64,000 bases of DNA from Candidatus Aenigmatarchaeota archaeon (GCA_043801595.1 JAZDLW010000019.1:32949-96948); one strand, 5' to 3'. Counted from the first letter of the stretch, positions 42,590 to 52,550 are shown. Notes: generated from the sequence alone by a model not told the origin. A program made the numbers and translations.

Positions 42590-43017
42590 TGAGACGAAGA
42601 TCCGATATAGCAGGCTTGCAGTTCACAGGACAGACAGGAAGATGGGGTATTGCGTACATATTCGCTTCCCCGAACAATACGATTATTCATGTAACCGATA
42701 TTACAGGATCCGAGACGGTTGCACGTTTTTCGTCAGGAATGATGACGGATAAGGACAGGGAAGGCGGTTCGCCGTTTCCGGCAATGCTCGCAGCAAGGCG
42801 TGCTGCTGATGAGTGCATGCAGAAAGGCATAACAGGAATTCACATCAAGGTTCGTGCGCCAGGCGGCAACAAATCAAAGATGCCCGGTGCGGGTGCGCAG
42901 CCCGCGATCCGAGCGTTAGCAAGAGCTGGTTTAAGAATCGGAAGAATAGAGGAAATAACGCCCACAAGCCATGACGGTGTGAAGAAGAAAGGCGGCAGGC
43001 GCGGAAGAAGAGTGTGA
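42589..43017 (+). CDS. rps11: Ribosomal protein S11 (uS11)
   Basis: [21 protein letters not shown] and [14 protein letters not shown]........[27 protein letters not shown] match uS11. The ATG overlaps the S4 stop (TGATG). Confidence 0.9.
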   Translation: MRRRSDIAGLQFTGQTGRWGIAYIFASPNNTIIHVTDITGSETVARFSSGMMTDKDREGGSPFPAMLAARRAADECMQKGITGIHIKVRAPGGNKSKMPGAGAQPAIRALARAGLRIGRIEEITPTSHDGVKKKGGRRGRRV

Positions 43018-43023
43018 TCATTG

Positions 43024-43644
43024 ATGAAGATTAAAGTAAATGAGCAAACTAAAGATAAAATTTCGTTCACTTTGGAAGAGGCTGACGTGGCTTTTGCGAA
43101 CGCGATGAGAAGGGTAATGATGGTCGAGGTTCCGGCAATGGCAATTGAGTTCGTCGACTTCCACGAAAACAGTTCCGCGATGTACGACGAGGTTATTGCG
43201 CACAGGCTCGGACTTATACCCCTTACGTTTGATCCAAAGCTTTTCAACCTTCCGGACGAATGCATTTGCGAAGGCAAAGGATGCTCGCAATGCCAGGTCT
43301 ATTTTGTTATTGACAAAAAAGGACCTTGTACTGTCTACTCCGGCGATATGAAATCCACTGAAGAGAGCGTAAAACCGGTTGATCCGGGATTTCCGATAGT
43401 CGAACTGCTTGAAGACCATAACCTTAAACTCGATGCAATCGCCCAGCTTGGAAAGGGCGAAGCGCACATAAAATGGCAGGCAGCGATTGCAGCATACAAG
43501 TACGCGAAGAGCAATGATACGAAGTTCAATTTCACTGTTGAGACTGTTTCCGGGCTTGAGCCGTCGTACATAGTACAGAAGGCGGCCGCAATAATCGAAG
43601 GAAAAGCTGAAGAGTTTAAGAAACAGCTAAAAGAAGCGAAATAA
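43024..43644 (+). CDS. rpoD: DNA-directed RNA polymerase subunit D (Rpo3)
   Basis: SFTLEEADVAFANAMRRVMMVEVPAMAIEFVDFHENSSAMYDEVIAHRLGLIPL is the Rpb3/RpoD dimerisation-domain signature. A four-Cys patch, CICEGKGCSQC, is present. Confidence 0.88.
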   Translation: MKIKVNEQTKDKISFTLEEADVAFANAMRRVMMVEVPAMAIEFVDFHENSSAMYDEVIAHRLGLIPLTFDPKLFNLPDECICEGKGCSQCQVYFVIDKKGPCTVYSGDMKSTEESVKPVDPGFPIVELLEDHNLKLDAIAQLGKGEAHIKWQAAIAAYKYAKSNDTKFNFTVETVSGLEPSYIVQKAAAIIEGKAEEFKKQLKEAK

Positions 43645-43660
43645 GCTTTTGAAAAGTTAT
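43641..43660 (+). repeat. Degenerate hairpin-repeat module containing the rpoD stop codon
   Basis: ATAAGCTTTT|G|AAAAGTTAT is an imperfect hairpin of the TAAGCTTTT class. The rpoD TAA is at 43642-43644. Confidence 0.5.
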
Positions 43661-43688
43661 ATAGGGTCGGCTGAGATTAATAATATAT

Positions 43689-44210
43689 ATGGCGCAGGCC
43701 GACTGGGATAATATTCTAAAAGAGCTGCTTGAATTTAACACTGTCAAGGCTGACATAAACGACATTTCAAACAGCATCAAACTTGTTTTTACGAAGATAA
43801 ACGAACTTGAAAAGGAATTGAACATGATTTCGCAGCAAGTGCTCGAGCAAAATAACAAAATAGATTCGATTGCTCAGTACATGACCGAACAAATCGAGGT
43901 TGTTTCCGAGCAGGTTGATGTCAAAAATGAAACTGTGACTGAGCAACCGAGCGCCGAGCAACCGAAACAAATCCAGATTTCGAGCGCAACCGGAAGATAC
44001 CGCGAAATACTTTCATTGCTGATAAACGAAGGGTTCTTCACATACACGAAGCTTGCGGAAAGAATGAGAATATCGCAGTCGCGTGCAAGGGCTTACATCG
44101 CAGACCTGAAGAAATATTATTCCATACCGATTACTTCTGTAAAGGACACGGAAGGCGTAAAAGTCGGGATAAGTCCTGAATTTGTCGATAAGATACTCGG
44201 CGTGCGCTGA
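43689..44210 (+). CDS. Hypothetical coiled-coil protein with a C-terminal winged-helix-like domain
   Basis: The N-terminal half has heptad-like character (LLEFNTVKADINDISNSIKLVFTKINELEKELNMISQQVLEQNNKI). The C-terminal segment YREILSLLINEGFFTYTKLAERMRISQSRARAYIADL is HTH-like. Confidence 0.45.
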   Translation: MAQADWDNILKELLEFNTVKADINDISNSIKLVFTKINELEKELNMISQQVLEQNNKIDSIAQYMTEQIEVVSEQVDVKNETVTEQPSAEQPKQIQISSATGRYREILSLLINEGFFTYTKLAERMRISQSRARAYIADLKKYYSIPITSVKDTEGVKVGISPEFVDKILGVR

Positions 44211-44225
44211 ATTTTTTCTTAATCG

Positions 44226-44308
44226 TGCTCGGTAACTGCTCGGATATTGCTCGGCTTGTGCTCAACAACATGCTGAGCAATATCGAGCGCTCAGTCGCGC
44301 TCAGAGCG
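44226..44308 (+). promoter_or_regulatory. Phased direct-repeat and palindrome array (candidate operator array)
   Basis: TGCTCGG is at 44226, 44237 and 44248, with TGCTCAA at 44259, giving 11-nt spacing. The palindrome TGCTGAGCA is at 44271-44279 and GAGCGCTC at 44285-44292. GCGCTCAG is at 44287 and 44297, giving 10-nt spacing. CGCTCAGAGCG is at 44298-44308. Confidence 0.6.
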
Positions 44309-44395
44309 GGTTGCAACAGCGATTTGCATTGTTGCGTGCCATATTGACAAGGTAGCATAACATCGTACTGTGCAATATAGCGTACTATACATAGG

Positions 44396-44405
44396 TTTAT
44401 ATATA
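44396..44405 (+). promoter_or_regulatory. Putative TATA box for the 65-aa wHTH gene / surface-protein operon
   Basis: TTTATATATA ends 23 nt upstream of the ATG at 44429. Confidence 0.45.
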
Positions 44406-44428
44406 ACACTATTACATTCATATTCTAC

Positions 44429-44626
44429 ATGGTTTCAGAAAACAATGCGCTAAACAAGCGAATCTTGAGCGAATTAAGGAAGAAACCGATGTCAATTGCG
44501 AAACTTTCAACTGAACTAAAAATGCGCAGGGAGTTCCTCGGGGGGTATCTCGAGGCGTTGAGAGCAGTTGGAAAATTGGAAATGATACAGGTCGGAAAAG
44601 CTAAAGTTTATAAACCCAAAAAATGA
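44429..44626 (+). CDS. Small winged-helix DNA-binding protein (65 aa)
   Basis: LNKRILSELRKKPMSIAKLSTELKMRREFLGGYLEALRAVGKLEMIQVGKAKVY has a helix-turn-helix-plus-wing layout. It lies 11 nt upstream of the giant surface-protein gene. Confidence 0.55.
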   Translation: MVSENNALNKRILSELRKKPMSIAKLSTELKMRREFLGGYLEALRAVGKLEMIQVGKAKVYKPKK

Positions 44627-44637
44627 GGTTATGAATA

Positions 44638-47600
44638 ATGAATTTTAAAGCGTTTGCAGGTTTTGCGGCGTGGGGAATAGTTGCGGCATCAATTTCATTA
44701 ATTTTAGTTTTCGCTGTTTCTATTTTGATGAGCTCAGCGGAAACCTTGGTTATTGATGCTGGTAACGTTTCAGTATCCGCACCCAATGGTGCGACATCTG
44801 GCGCCGGGATAATTGTAAAAAACGACACAACGGTGTTATACAACTTTACAATCCAAGTCACGGGCAATGTATCATTTATTAACATAACGGTTCCTTCTTG
44901 GCCTCATGCCGCGGATTCAGCAAACATTACTGTTGGACGAAACACAAGCATCGTACCAGCTAATGTTCAACTTGGTCAAGGACTTACCAGTAATTGGGCA
45001 GTAAGTTATATTGAAAATTTCACTAACGGCGGGGTAAAAACAATTCGATTGAATGCAACAATGCCTGCAGGAACAATAGGCGGAGCTTCAAATGTAAAGA
45101 TCGTGTGGTTCGCATTCAACGGCACGTCTAATATCACAGGACTTGGCAACCTATCCGATAACCAGACAATGACATGGTATGTTTATGCCGCAAATGATAC
45201 CAGTTCGTCTTTGCTGAAAGTAATAACGCTGGTCGACAACAACCCGCCGAGAATATTAGTAACAAAACCTTTGCTGAACAGTTCGAACAACGCGTACATA
45301 CGCGGTCTGGCCGCAGAAATATTCCAGGTCAACGTGACTGAAGTTGAATTGAATGTATCGGAGAGCGCAAATAATGACGGTTCTACCAACGCGACTTTGT
45401 GGTACAGAAACGTAGGAACCAACAGGGATACGGGTGTAGGTTGGAGCAAAAAGACGCTGGCTTGTTATAACTCTGCAGGCGGCATGCTGCCTAACGATCT
45501 CACACACAACAAGTATACGTGCAATACAACGATAGATTTGTCATCGCTTGCGTTTGTGGGTGAAAACGAGTTGATACAATTTTTCTTCAACGCATCGGAT
45601 CTTGTGCTGAATGCAGGTTACAACGGCACGCAGGCTTCGCCGCACGAGGCGCAGGTCGACAGGACAGCGCCGACATCGTCAAGCGTGGCTAACAATGTGT
45701 CGTATGTGAACCCGAGCAATTTCGTCCGATTGAACGTGCAATTCGATGATAATTTTGCGCTTGCGAATGCGACGTTGGCGACGAATGAAACCGAAACTGG
45801 GGCATATTTCAACTACACCGACAACAAAACACGGGGCTCTCCCATAACGATGGCAGGAAATTCATACGTGCTCAATTTCACGTGGCAAAACACATCGCTT
45901 GTGTCCGGGCTGATAGTGGGATGGCAGATTTTGGCAACGGACATAGCGGGCAATGTGCATGCGACAGCGCTTAAGACATTCACTGTTGATGCCGATGCTC
46001 CGTCAACGCTTGGCGGATTCATGAGTCCTGCTAGAAATGCAAATTTAACCGGGGACTCCATACTCGTAAACGTTTCCGTCAATGACACATTATCAGGCGT
46101 ATCTATGGTTTACCTTAACATTTCGTACGAGGCGTCAACAGGGTCAATAAGAGGAATTAATAACATAACGCTGACGCAGGGCATAGCAGGTTATTGGAAC
46201 GCGACTGTAAATTCCACATTTAACCTTATTACAGAATCGCCCGCCAACGGCAATTATACATTCAGAATTGTTGCGAATGACACGTTGAATAATGAAAACC
46301 ACACTATGAATATCACGGTCTGGATAGACAACACAGCGCCGGCTATATCCATCACGCGACCTACTGCAGGCCAGATTGTGACAGGGCAGTTTAATATAGA
46401 GGCTTTGGTTACAGATGCGGTAAGGGTTGCCAGGGTTCAGTACAGATTAAGCAATGCCACATACACGAGCGGGATATATTTCCAGATGCTAAACACTTCT
46501 GACCTCTTGATGAACCAGAGCGGTGTTTACAACCTGACAAATGTTACCAATGCCAATTTGTTCCTTGACGGCGTTTGGAACGTGACAGTGTGGGCGAACG
46601 ACAGCGTGAACAACATAGCGCAGGAGAATGTGAGCATAACAATCGACAACGTGCAGAATGCGACTGAACTTGATATCGTATCCTATGTAAACGGAAGCGT
46701 CAGGAAAGCGGGTCAAACCATAAACTTAAACTTCACAACAATAGGCAACCAGTTCGGTTTGTTCCCGTCCGGCTTCGGTTATAACATTTCAGTTTACATC
46801 GTCAACTCAAGCGGGACAGCGATCTATGCCGGTAACGTGTCCAACAGTTCGGAATTCTGGGCCAACGGCACGATTACGATACCCGCGAACACCGCAGATT
46901 CCGTGATAGACGACGGCAACAGAACGTTTGTGTTCAAGACATTCGACAACGGCGGGAACCTGATGGTAAATGGATCTTCAAACTTCACAGTCAGCATAGA
47001 CAATACCGCTGCGAGTTATTCCAACCCGTTGCCTTTGAACAACAGCTACATTACAGGAAGTGCGGCACAGCTGTTCCAGATAAGCGTGACTGAGGTCAAT
47101 TTAAACGCAAGCAAGAACGTGACGCTGTACTGGGGTATTGGCCCTGCCATACCGACTGCTTGGAACGCTAAAACGCTGTTATGTACAGGAACTGCGGGCA
47201 GCAATTATCTGTGTAACACGACAGTAGACCTGTCAACTTCTCCTACCAACAAGATAATTTATTACTTCTTCAACAACTCAAACGTTACTCAACCGAACGG
47301 AGATTTGGCGGGCAATGGAGCCGGGTTTGGAACAGAGGTTATTCCGTTTAACACAACGATTGACAGGGTGAACCCTGTTGTGGGCGTATTACTTCCGTTG
47401 GGCAGCGCTAATGTGTCAGGTTCATTTACACTAAACATAAGTGCGAACAACACGCCTTCGGGCATTGCGAGCGTTTCCTACAGGGTAACAAATGACACTT
47501 TCCAGTCGGGTCCAATAGCTTTGAGCTTGGGTATAGGAACAGCCTTTAGCGGTTACTGGAACGGAACCAACAATACTTTCGGAATAGGTTTGGAGGACGG

Positions 47601-50313
47601 CCTGTACAGAATAAGCATTAACGCAACGGACAACGCAGGCAACTTAAACACTACAGTCAACGTGACAATAACGATTGACAACACAAAACCTAATGTTACA
47701 ATCGTTACGCCTACAGCGAACCTGAATTTCTCAACCTCGATAATCATAAATGCGACTGTCCGCGATTCTGGAATAACGTCGACGATAAATGCTGGCAACA
47801 TACAGTCTGTGCAATATCGTCTTTCAAACAGCAGCTGGGCAGGTTCATTGTTGGCAATGACAAACGAGTCCTCGGCTGGAGAAGCGTTCTTTGATATGTA
47901 CAACGCGACAAACTTCACGAGCGCAAATCTAGCAGACGGACGATATAACCTGACAATAGTCGCAACCGACTACGCAGGGAACGTTAACAATTCGCAAAAT
48001 GTGACAATCGGTATTGACAACACAGCGCCGATGGTTAGCATCAAGTCGCCGACAGCGAACCAGTTTATCAAAGGTACGTTCAACATAATGGCTGATGTCA
48101 ATGACGCGGTCTGGGTTAAGAGCGTATGGTACAGGATAAGCAACGTAACGGACGCGTTTGACGTGCTAGGAAGCGCTTATCTCACCATGAGTAACAATTC
48201 AGGCGTGAATGCTACTGGCGGTGGATACTTCAATGGAACAAATATAACATCTGCCGCATTGTTCGGTGACGGTTTGTACAACATAACAGTTGCTGCGAAC
48301 GACACCCTGAACCATGTAACATACGCTAACGTGACTGTCACGATAGACAACAATGTGCCTGTGGAATTCGACGTTACTACGAATACTTCAGAACCTGCGT
48401 CAGGAATAGAATACTTCCCCGGGAGGTTCTACAGGTTCAACAAGACTTTCAATGATACAATAGGTGTTACGAGCGTCATAATGCAGATTAATGCGACGAA
48501 CCGCACGGCTTTCAGGTATGAAGGCGACGCACAAGGCGGCAATTGGTCGGCTAATGTAACAGATCTGGCTGCGAACACGACAGGTTATCCGATAATCTGG
48601 TACGCTTCGGACACGACTGGAAACTGGCTCAAGACAACGCAATGGTATTATGTAATTGCAAAGAACGCTTCACCGGCAGTGATATTGGAAGTTAACGGCA
48701 CGCAGGCGAGCGGTGGCATCGTCAATGTGTATACATGGGAGAGGGGAACGGCGCTTAACATAACTGCGTATTCGCCGACAAGCCTGACAATAAACACAAC
48801 ATTGTTCGCGAACATAACGACTGTGGCGAATCAATTCATAAACCTGACTGCGCTGTCGTTCAGGCCGTATCCGGCAGGCAACCAGAACATAACGATTTCG
48901 AACTTGAATATGGCGTTGGGCATTTACAACATCACCGCCAATACAACAGACAATGAAAACTACACCGCAAACGGCACAGTGGCCATGGTAATCGTTACGC
49001 TGCAGGATTCAGCGCCTTATTCAATGATACTGTCGCCCGCTAACAACTCGAATATAACCGGCTCGATGCTGATCAACGTATCGACGATAGACTTGAGCGG
49101 TGTTGCCAATGTGTCATACTACCTGTTCAACGAAACCGACGGCATAAGCGCATCGGGATTGTTAAACAACACAGGGAACATAAACGGCAACCACTACAAT
49201 GTTACTATAAGCACATCCTCGTTATACGAGGGCAGGTTCAAGCTTAACATAACGGCTTACGACTCCATCGGCAATGTGAACATAACATATTACTTCAACA
49301 TTACAGTGGACAGGACTGCACCGGTGATAATATTCAATTATCAGGCAGAGGGAACGAGACTGGCAGACTTGACACCGGGCAACAATTCTTACAGGTCTGG
49401 GACTATCTCGGCGAACGCGACTATATCCGACTCTGTATCCGGTGTTAACGGCGGGACGCAGTTATTCAGAATCGGCAACCGCACGAACTGGATGGGACCG
49501 GCATTCGGGCTTTCGGTGTTTGCGGGCGCGTTCAACGGAACCAACGGCACGATCTTGTTGGCCGACGGTTTATACAATATCACGATAACAGCGAACGACA
49601 CAGTAGGCAATGTAAGAACCAATGTGACGTTCTTCTATGTGGACAATACGGCGCCGACTGTGATAGCGTTGAGCAACAGCACAAGAGGAAAATACATTCC
49701 GAATGCGTCGGAACAAATAATGGTACAGGTCAATGATGCTTCGCAGACAAATGCAACTATAGATGTGCGTGCTTGGTCCAACAATACAGGATGGACTATT
49801 TACAAGACTACAAATGCAACGCCTGGCACAGCGTCCATTTACAACGTGACTATAGACACCTCTGACCTTGTGGACAACGAGAGAGTAAAGTTCTTTGTCA
49901 TGGTGACAGATAATGCAAGCAACGTAGCGACGTACACGGGTTCGTTGGGAATACCGCTAGCTAACATAACGATTGATGTTAACTGCGGATATGTCGGCAG
50001 ATTATTGAACTACTGCTCTGATAACGATCTTTGGCAAGCTAAGTTCGCCTCTGCACAACTGCCGCAGAAGAGCGATATAGAGAGTATCAGTTCGCTGCAG
50101 AGCAACTTTACAGTTGAAAATGTTACAAAGAGAGCCGGTATGTGGGGCTTCTTCAACTACACCTACTATTACAACGGCGCGTCATGGCTTTCGTTCGACC
50201 CGAACTCAGCGCCATCCGAGAACACGCTCAAGATGTTCAATAACACAGGTGCGCAGGTATACCTGTTCAACATGAACAAGACTATCCCAGACTTTGTGTT
50301 CAGAATAGAATAA
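44638..50313 (+). CDS. Giant secreted surface protein (1891 aa) of repeated Ig-like modules, heavily sequon-loaded (S-layer/adhesin candidate)
   Basis: GAGGT lies 8 nt before the ATG. The N-terminal hydrophobic segment is AWGIVAASISLILVFAVSILM. I count about 20 N-x-S/T sequons in the first ~300 aa, and the density looks similar throughout. A module-boundary motif recurs: QVDRTAP, TVDADAP, WIDNTAP, SIDNTAA, TIDRVNP, TIDNTKP, GIDNTAP, TIDNNVP, TVDRTAP, YVDNTAP. No C-terminal anchor is present. Confidence 0.8.
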   Translation: MNFKAFAGFAAWGIVAASISLILVFAVSILMSSAETLVIDAGNVSVSAPNGATSGAGIIVKNDTTVLYNFTIQVTGNVSFINITVPSWPHAADSANITVGRNTSIVPANVQLGQGLTSNWAVSYIENFTNGGVKTIRLNATMPAGTIGGASNVKIVWFAFNGTSNITGLGNLSDNQTMTWYVYAANDTSSSLLKVITLVDNNPPRILVTKPLLNSSNNAYIRGLAAEIFQVNVTEVELNVSESANNDGSTNATLWYRNVGTNRDTGVGWSKKTLACYNSAGGMLPNDLTHNKYTCNTTIDLSSLAFVGENELIQFFFNASDLVLNAGYNGTQASPHEAQVDRTAPTSSSVANNVSYVNPSNFVRLNVQFDDNFALANATLATNETETGAYFNYTDNKTRGSPITMAGNSYVLNFTWQNTSLVSGLIVGWQILATDIAGNVHATALKTFTVDADAPSTLGGFMSPARNANLTGDSILVNVSVNDTLSGVSMVYLNISYEASTGSIRGINNITLTQGIAGYWNATVNSTFNLITESPANGNYTFRIVANDTLNNENHTMNITVWIDNTAPAISITRPTAGQIVTGQFNIEALVTDAVRVARVQYRLSNATYTSGIYFQMLNTSDLLMNQSGVYNLTNVTNANLFLDGVWNVTVWANDSVNNIAQENVSITIDNVQNATELDIVSYVNGSVRKAGQTINLNFTTIGNQFGLFPSGFGYNISVYIVNSSGTAIYAGNVSNSSEFWANGTITIPANTADSVIDDGNRTFVFKTFDNGGNLMVNGSSNFTVSIDNTAASYSNPLPLNNSYITGSAAQLFQISVTEVNLNASKNVTLYWGIGPAIPTAWNAKTLLCTGTAGSNYLCNTTVDLSTSPTNKIIYYFFNNSNVTQPNGDLAGNGAGFGTEVIPFNTTIDRVNPVVGVLLPLGSANVSGSFTLNISANNTPSGIASVSYRVTNDTFQSGPIALSLGIGTAFSGYWNGTNNTFGIGLEDGLYRISINATDNAGNLNTTVNVTITIDNTKPNVTIVTPTANLNFSTSIIINATVRDSGITSTINAGNIQSVQYRLSNSSWAGSLLAMTNESSAGEAFFDMYNATNFTSANLADGRYNLTIVATDYAGNVNNSQNVTIGIDNTAPMVSIKSPTANQFIKGTFNIMADVNDAVWVKSVWYRISNVTDAFDVLGSAYLTMSNNSGVNATGGGYFNGTNITSAALFGDGLYNITVAANDTLNHVTYANVTVTIDNNVPVEFDVTTNTSEPASGIEYFPGRFYRFNKTFNDTIGVTSVIMQINATNRTAFRYEGDAQGGNWSANVTDLAANTTGYPIIWYASDTTGNWLKTTQWYYVIAKNASPAVILEVNGTQASGGIVNVYTWERGTALNITAYSPTSLTINTTLFANITTVANQFINLTALSFRPYPAGNQNITISNLNMALGIYNITANTTDNENYTANGTVAMVIVTLQDSAPYSMILSPANNSNITGSMLINVSTIDLSGVANVSYYLFNETDGISASGLLNNTGNINGNHYNVTISTSSLYEGRFKLNITAYDSIGNVNITYYFNITVDRTAPVIIFNYQAEGTRLADLTPGNNSYRSGTISANATISDSVSGVNGGTQLFRIGNRTNWMGPAFGLSVFAGAFNGTNGTILLADGLYNITITANDTVGNVRTNVTFFYVDNTAPTVIALSNSTRGKYIPNASEQIMVQVNDASQTNATIDVRAWSNNTGWTIYKTTNATPGTASIYNVTIDTSDLVDNERVKFFVMVTDNASNVATYTGSLGIPLANITIDVNCGYVGRLLNYCSDNDLWQAKFASAQLPQKSDIESISSLQSNFTVENVTKRAGMWGFFNYTYYYNGASWLSFDPNSAPSENTLKMFNNTGAQVYLFNMNKTIPDFVFRIE

Positions 50314-50345
50314 GGTTGATGGCGTGAGGTTCAAGAGTGAGCACG

Positions 50346-51578
50346 ATGAAAGGATCCAAACTTGTATGTTATAGTTTCCTGCTATCGTTAATTGTTGTGC
50401 TTTCGTCTTTTGTCGTGGCTCAATCCACACCTGGAACATGGAAAGGGTATGTTTACACGAACACAACGCTCGCTGAAAATGGTCTACCTGTTTCTGCGTA
50501 TATAGCTGGTGTTTTGAAAGCGAACACCAGCACGATCACTGCGGAAGGCAGGGGATTTTATATTCTTGAAGTCGAAGGTGTGGCTGGACAATCCGTAGGT
50601 TTTCAGATTTGCGGTGTCAATGTTGCGCAGGAAAACCAGTCCTGGTCTGCAGGTTCGCATTACAACGGCACGTCAACAAGGTTCAACCTTACTTTTAGCA
50701 GATCAGCTGATGCAGCGTCGTGCACATATGCGTGTGGCTGTACGGGCGGATACTGCAATTCAGGTTCGTGTGCGAGTTCGGCTCCGGCAACAACACCAAC
50801 AGTCAATACCAATCCTGGCGGTGGCGGTTCTTCCGGAACAACGACCACAACAACGACAACAACAGTGAGTACGACATCGACTACCACAACAACCACCACA
50901 ACAACGACAACAATGATAACACAGACCGTAGGCAATGTTCAGGCAAACACGCCGACCGAGGTTAGTCTGCCTGCATCGGAATCAACAGCTGTGCAGTCAA
51001 TAACAATGCAAACCAATGTTGCGGCGAGCAACGTTCAATTGACAGTCCAGACAACGTCTGCGCCGTCAACAGCATCTGTAGTTATATCATCGTCTTCCGG
51101 TTCGGTTTATAGGTATCTTGATATCAAGGCTGTGAATGTCGAGACTTCGGCAATAACAAGCGCTAAATTCAAGTTCAAGGTTGAACGAACATGGTTTGAC
51201 GCGAATCAGATAGACCAGACCACTGTAAACCTAAACCGCCTTGTAAGCAACAGCTGGGTAAAATTAACAACAATCATCACTGGCGGTGACAACAGCTATG
51301 TATTCTACGAGGCGACATCGCCCGGATTCTCGGTATTTGCAATAACAGGCCAAAAAATAGTCACAGGCGCTACGACAACGACTGTTCCGCTGCCAACGAC
51401 TACAACTTCTGCAGTAACTACAACAACCGCTGCGACTACAACGACAATGCCTACGACGGGTGGAGCGAGCATAATCCCGATAATCATAGTTTTGGTTGTT
51501 CTGATTGCCATAGCGGCTTATTTCTACATGCGGAAGAACAAGGGTTATAGTTTCAAGTCGGTTCTGCCGCAAGTTTAA
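50346..51578 (+). CDS. Surface protein with poly-Thr linkers, a PGF-pre-PGF-like domain and a C-terminal TM anchor
   Basis: It has a signal peptide (LVCYSFLLSLIVVLSSFVVA) and a Cys-rich patch (CTYACGCTGGYCNSGSC). A Thr run GTTTTTTTTTVSTTSTTTTTTTTTTT follows. The PGF-pre-PGF-type motif is YVFYEATSPGFSVFAITG. A second T-rich linker leads to the TM segment IIPIIIVLVVLIAIAAYFYM. Confidence 0.75.
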   Translation: MKGSKLVCYSFLLSLIVVLSSFVVAQSTPGTWKGYVYTNTTLAENGLPVSAYIAGVLKANTSTITAEGRGFYILEVEGVAGQSVGFQICGVNVAQENQSWSAGSHYNGTSTRFNLTFSRSADAASCTYACGCTGGYCNSGSCASSAPATTPTVNTNPGGGGSSGTTTTTTTTTVSTTSTTTTTTTTTTTMITQTVGNVQANTPTEVSLPASESTAVQSITMQTNVAASNVQLTVQTTSAPSTASVVISSSSGSVYRYLDIKAVNVETSAITSAKFKFKVERTWFDANQIDQTTVNLNRLVSNSWVKLTTIITGGDNSYVFYEATSPGFSVFAITGQKIVTGATTTTVPLPTTTTSAVTTTTAATTTTMPTTGGASIIPIIIVLVVLIAIAAYFYMRKNKGYSFKSVLPQV

Positions 51579-51613
51579 ATGTTTGTTCTTTGTTATCGGT
51601 GTAAGGCAGAATA

Positions 51614-52546
51614 ATGTCTAAAATTGAAAATCTAGACGAGGTCAAAGGCATTGACATATCGAAAGATATTACGATAAAGGAGTTACTGGGGGGCATAGGT
51701 TCCACAGGTTTTCAGGCTACGAATCTTGGCAAGGCTGTTGAGATAATCGAAAAGATGAAGCGTGAGAAAGCTACGATATTCCTCGCATTCACCTCGAACA
51801 TGGTTTCTTCGGGGCTTCGTGATATTTTCGCGTACCTTGCGAAAAACAAGCTTGTTGACGTAATAATAACCAGCGTCGGGTCCATAGAAGAGGATCTGAT
51901 AAAATCCGAAAAGCCGTTCCTGCTCGGAAGTTTTGATTCCGATGATATTGAACTACATAAAAAGGGCGTCAACCGCATCGGAAATATTTTTGTCCCGAAC
52001 GACCGCTACGAGCATCTTGAAAAGGTTTTGCAGCCGTTTTTTGCAAGAATGCATGAAAAACAAAAAGAAACGGGAAAGATGGTCTCTCCGAGCGGGCTGA
52101 TAAACGAGCTTGGAAAAATATCAGGCGAGGATTCGTTCATTTACTGGGCGACGAAAAATAAGATACCGATATTCTGCCCTGCGATAACCGACGGCGCTTT
52201 TGGGCTGCAGTTATTCTTTTACAAACAGGACCACAAAGACTTCGGCGTCGATGTTACGGCAGATATGAAAGATCTTGCGGATATAGTATTGCTTTCGAAA
52301 AAGACGGGCGCGATAATACTTGGCGGAGGGGTTGCGAAACACCATACTATCGGCGTGAACATACTACGCGACGGATTAGATTATGCTGTTTACGTAACAA
52401 CAGCAAACGAAGGCGACGGTTCAGTTGCTGGTGCGCGGCCGAAAGAAGCGAAGTCGTGGTCGAAGCTTAAGGAAGACGCGAATTCAATTTGCGTTGAGGG
52501 CGATGCGACAATAATATTCACGCTCCTTTCCTTTGCGTTGAAGTGA
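51614..52546 (+). CDS. dys: Deoxyhypusine synthase
   Basis: GFQATNLGKAVEI, TSNMVSSGLR and SVGSIEEDL are present, and the C-terminal GGGVAKHH region is typical of DHS. Confidence 0.88.
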   Translation: MSKIENLDEVKGIDISKDITIKELLGGIGSTGFQATNLGKAVEIIEKMKREKATIFLAFTSNMVSSGLRDIFAYLAKNKLVDVIITSVGSIEEDLIKSEKPFLLGSFDSDDIELHKKGVNRIGNIFVPNDRYEHLEKVLQPFFARMHEKQKETGKMVSPSGLINELGKISGEDSFIYWATKNKIPIFCPAITDGAFGLQLFFYKQDHKDFGVDVTADMKDLADIVLLSKKTGAIILGGGVAKHHTIGVNILRDGLDYAVYVTTANEGDGSVAGARPKEAKSWSKLKEDANSICVEGDATIIFTLLSFALK

Positions 52547-52550
52547 TACG

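Noticed and set aside
50614-50965. Several 80-90 aa ORFs in both strands across the Thr-tract region
   Set aside because: They are alternative-frame translations of the ACN/GTN low-complexity DNA that encodes the poly-Thr linker of the 50346-51578 gene.
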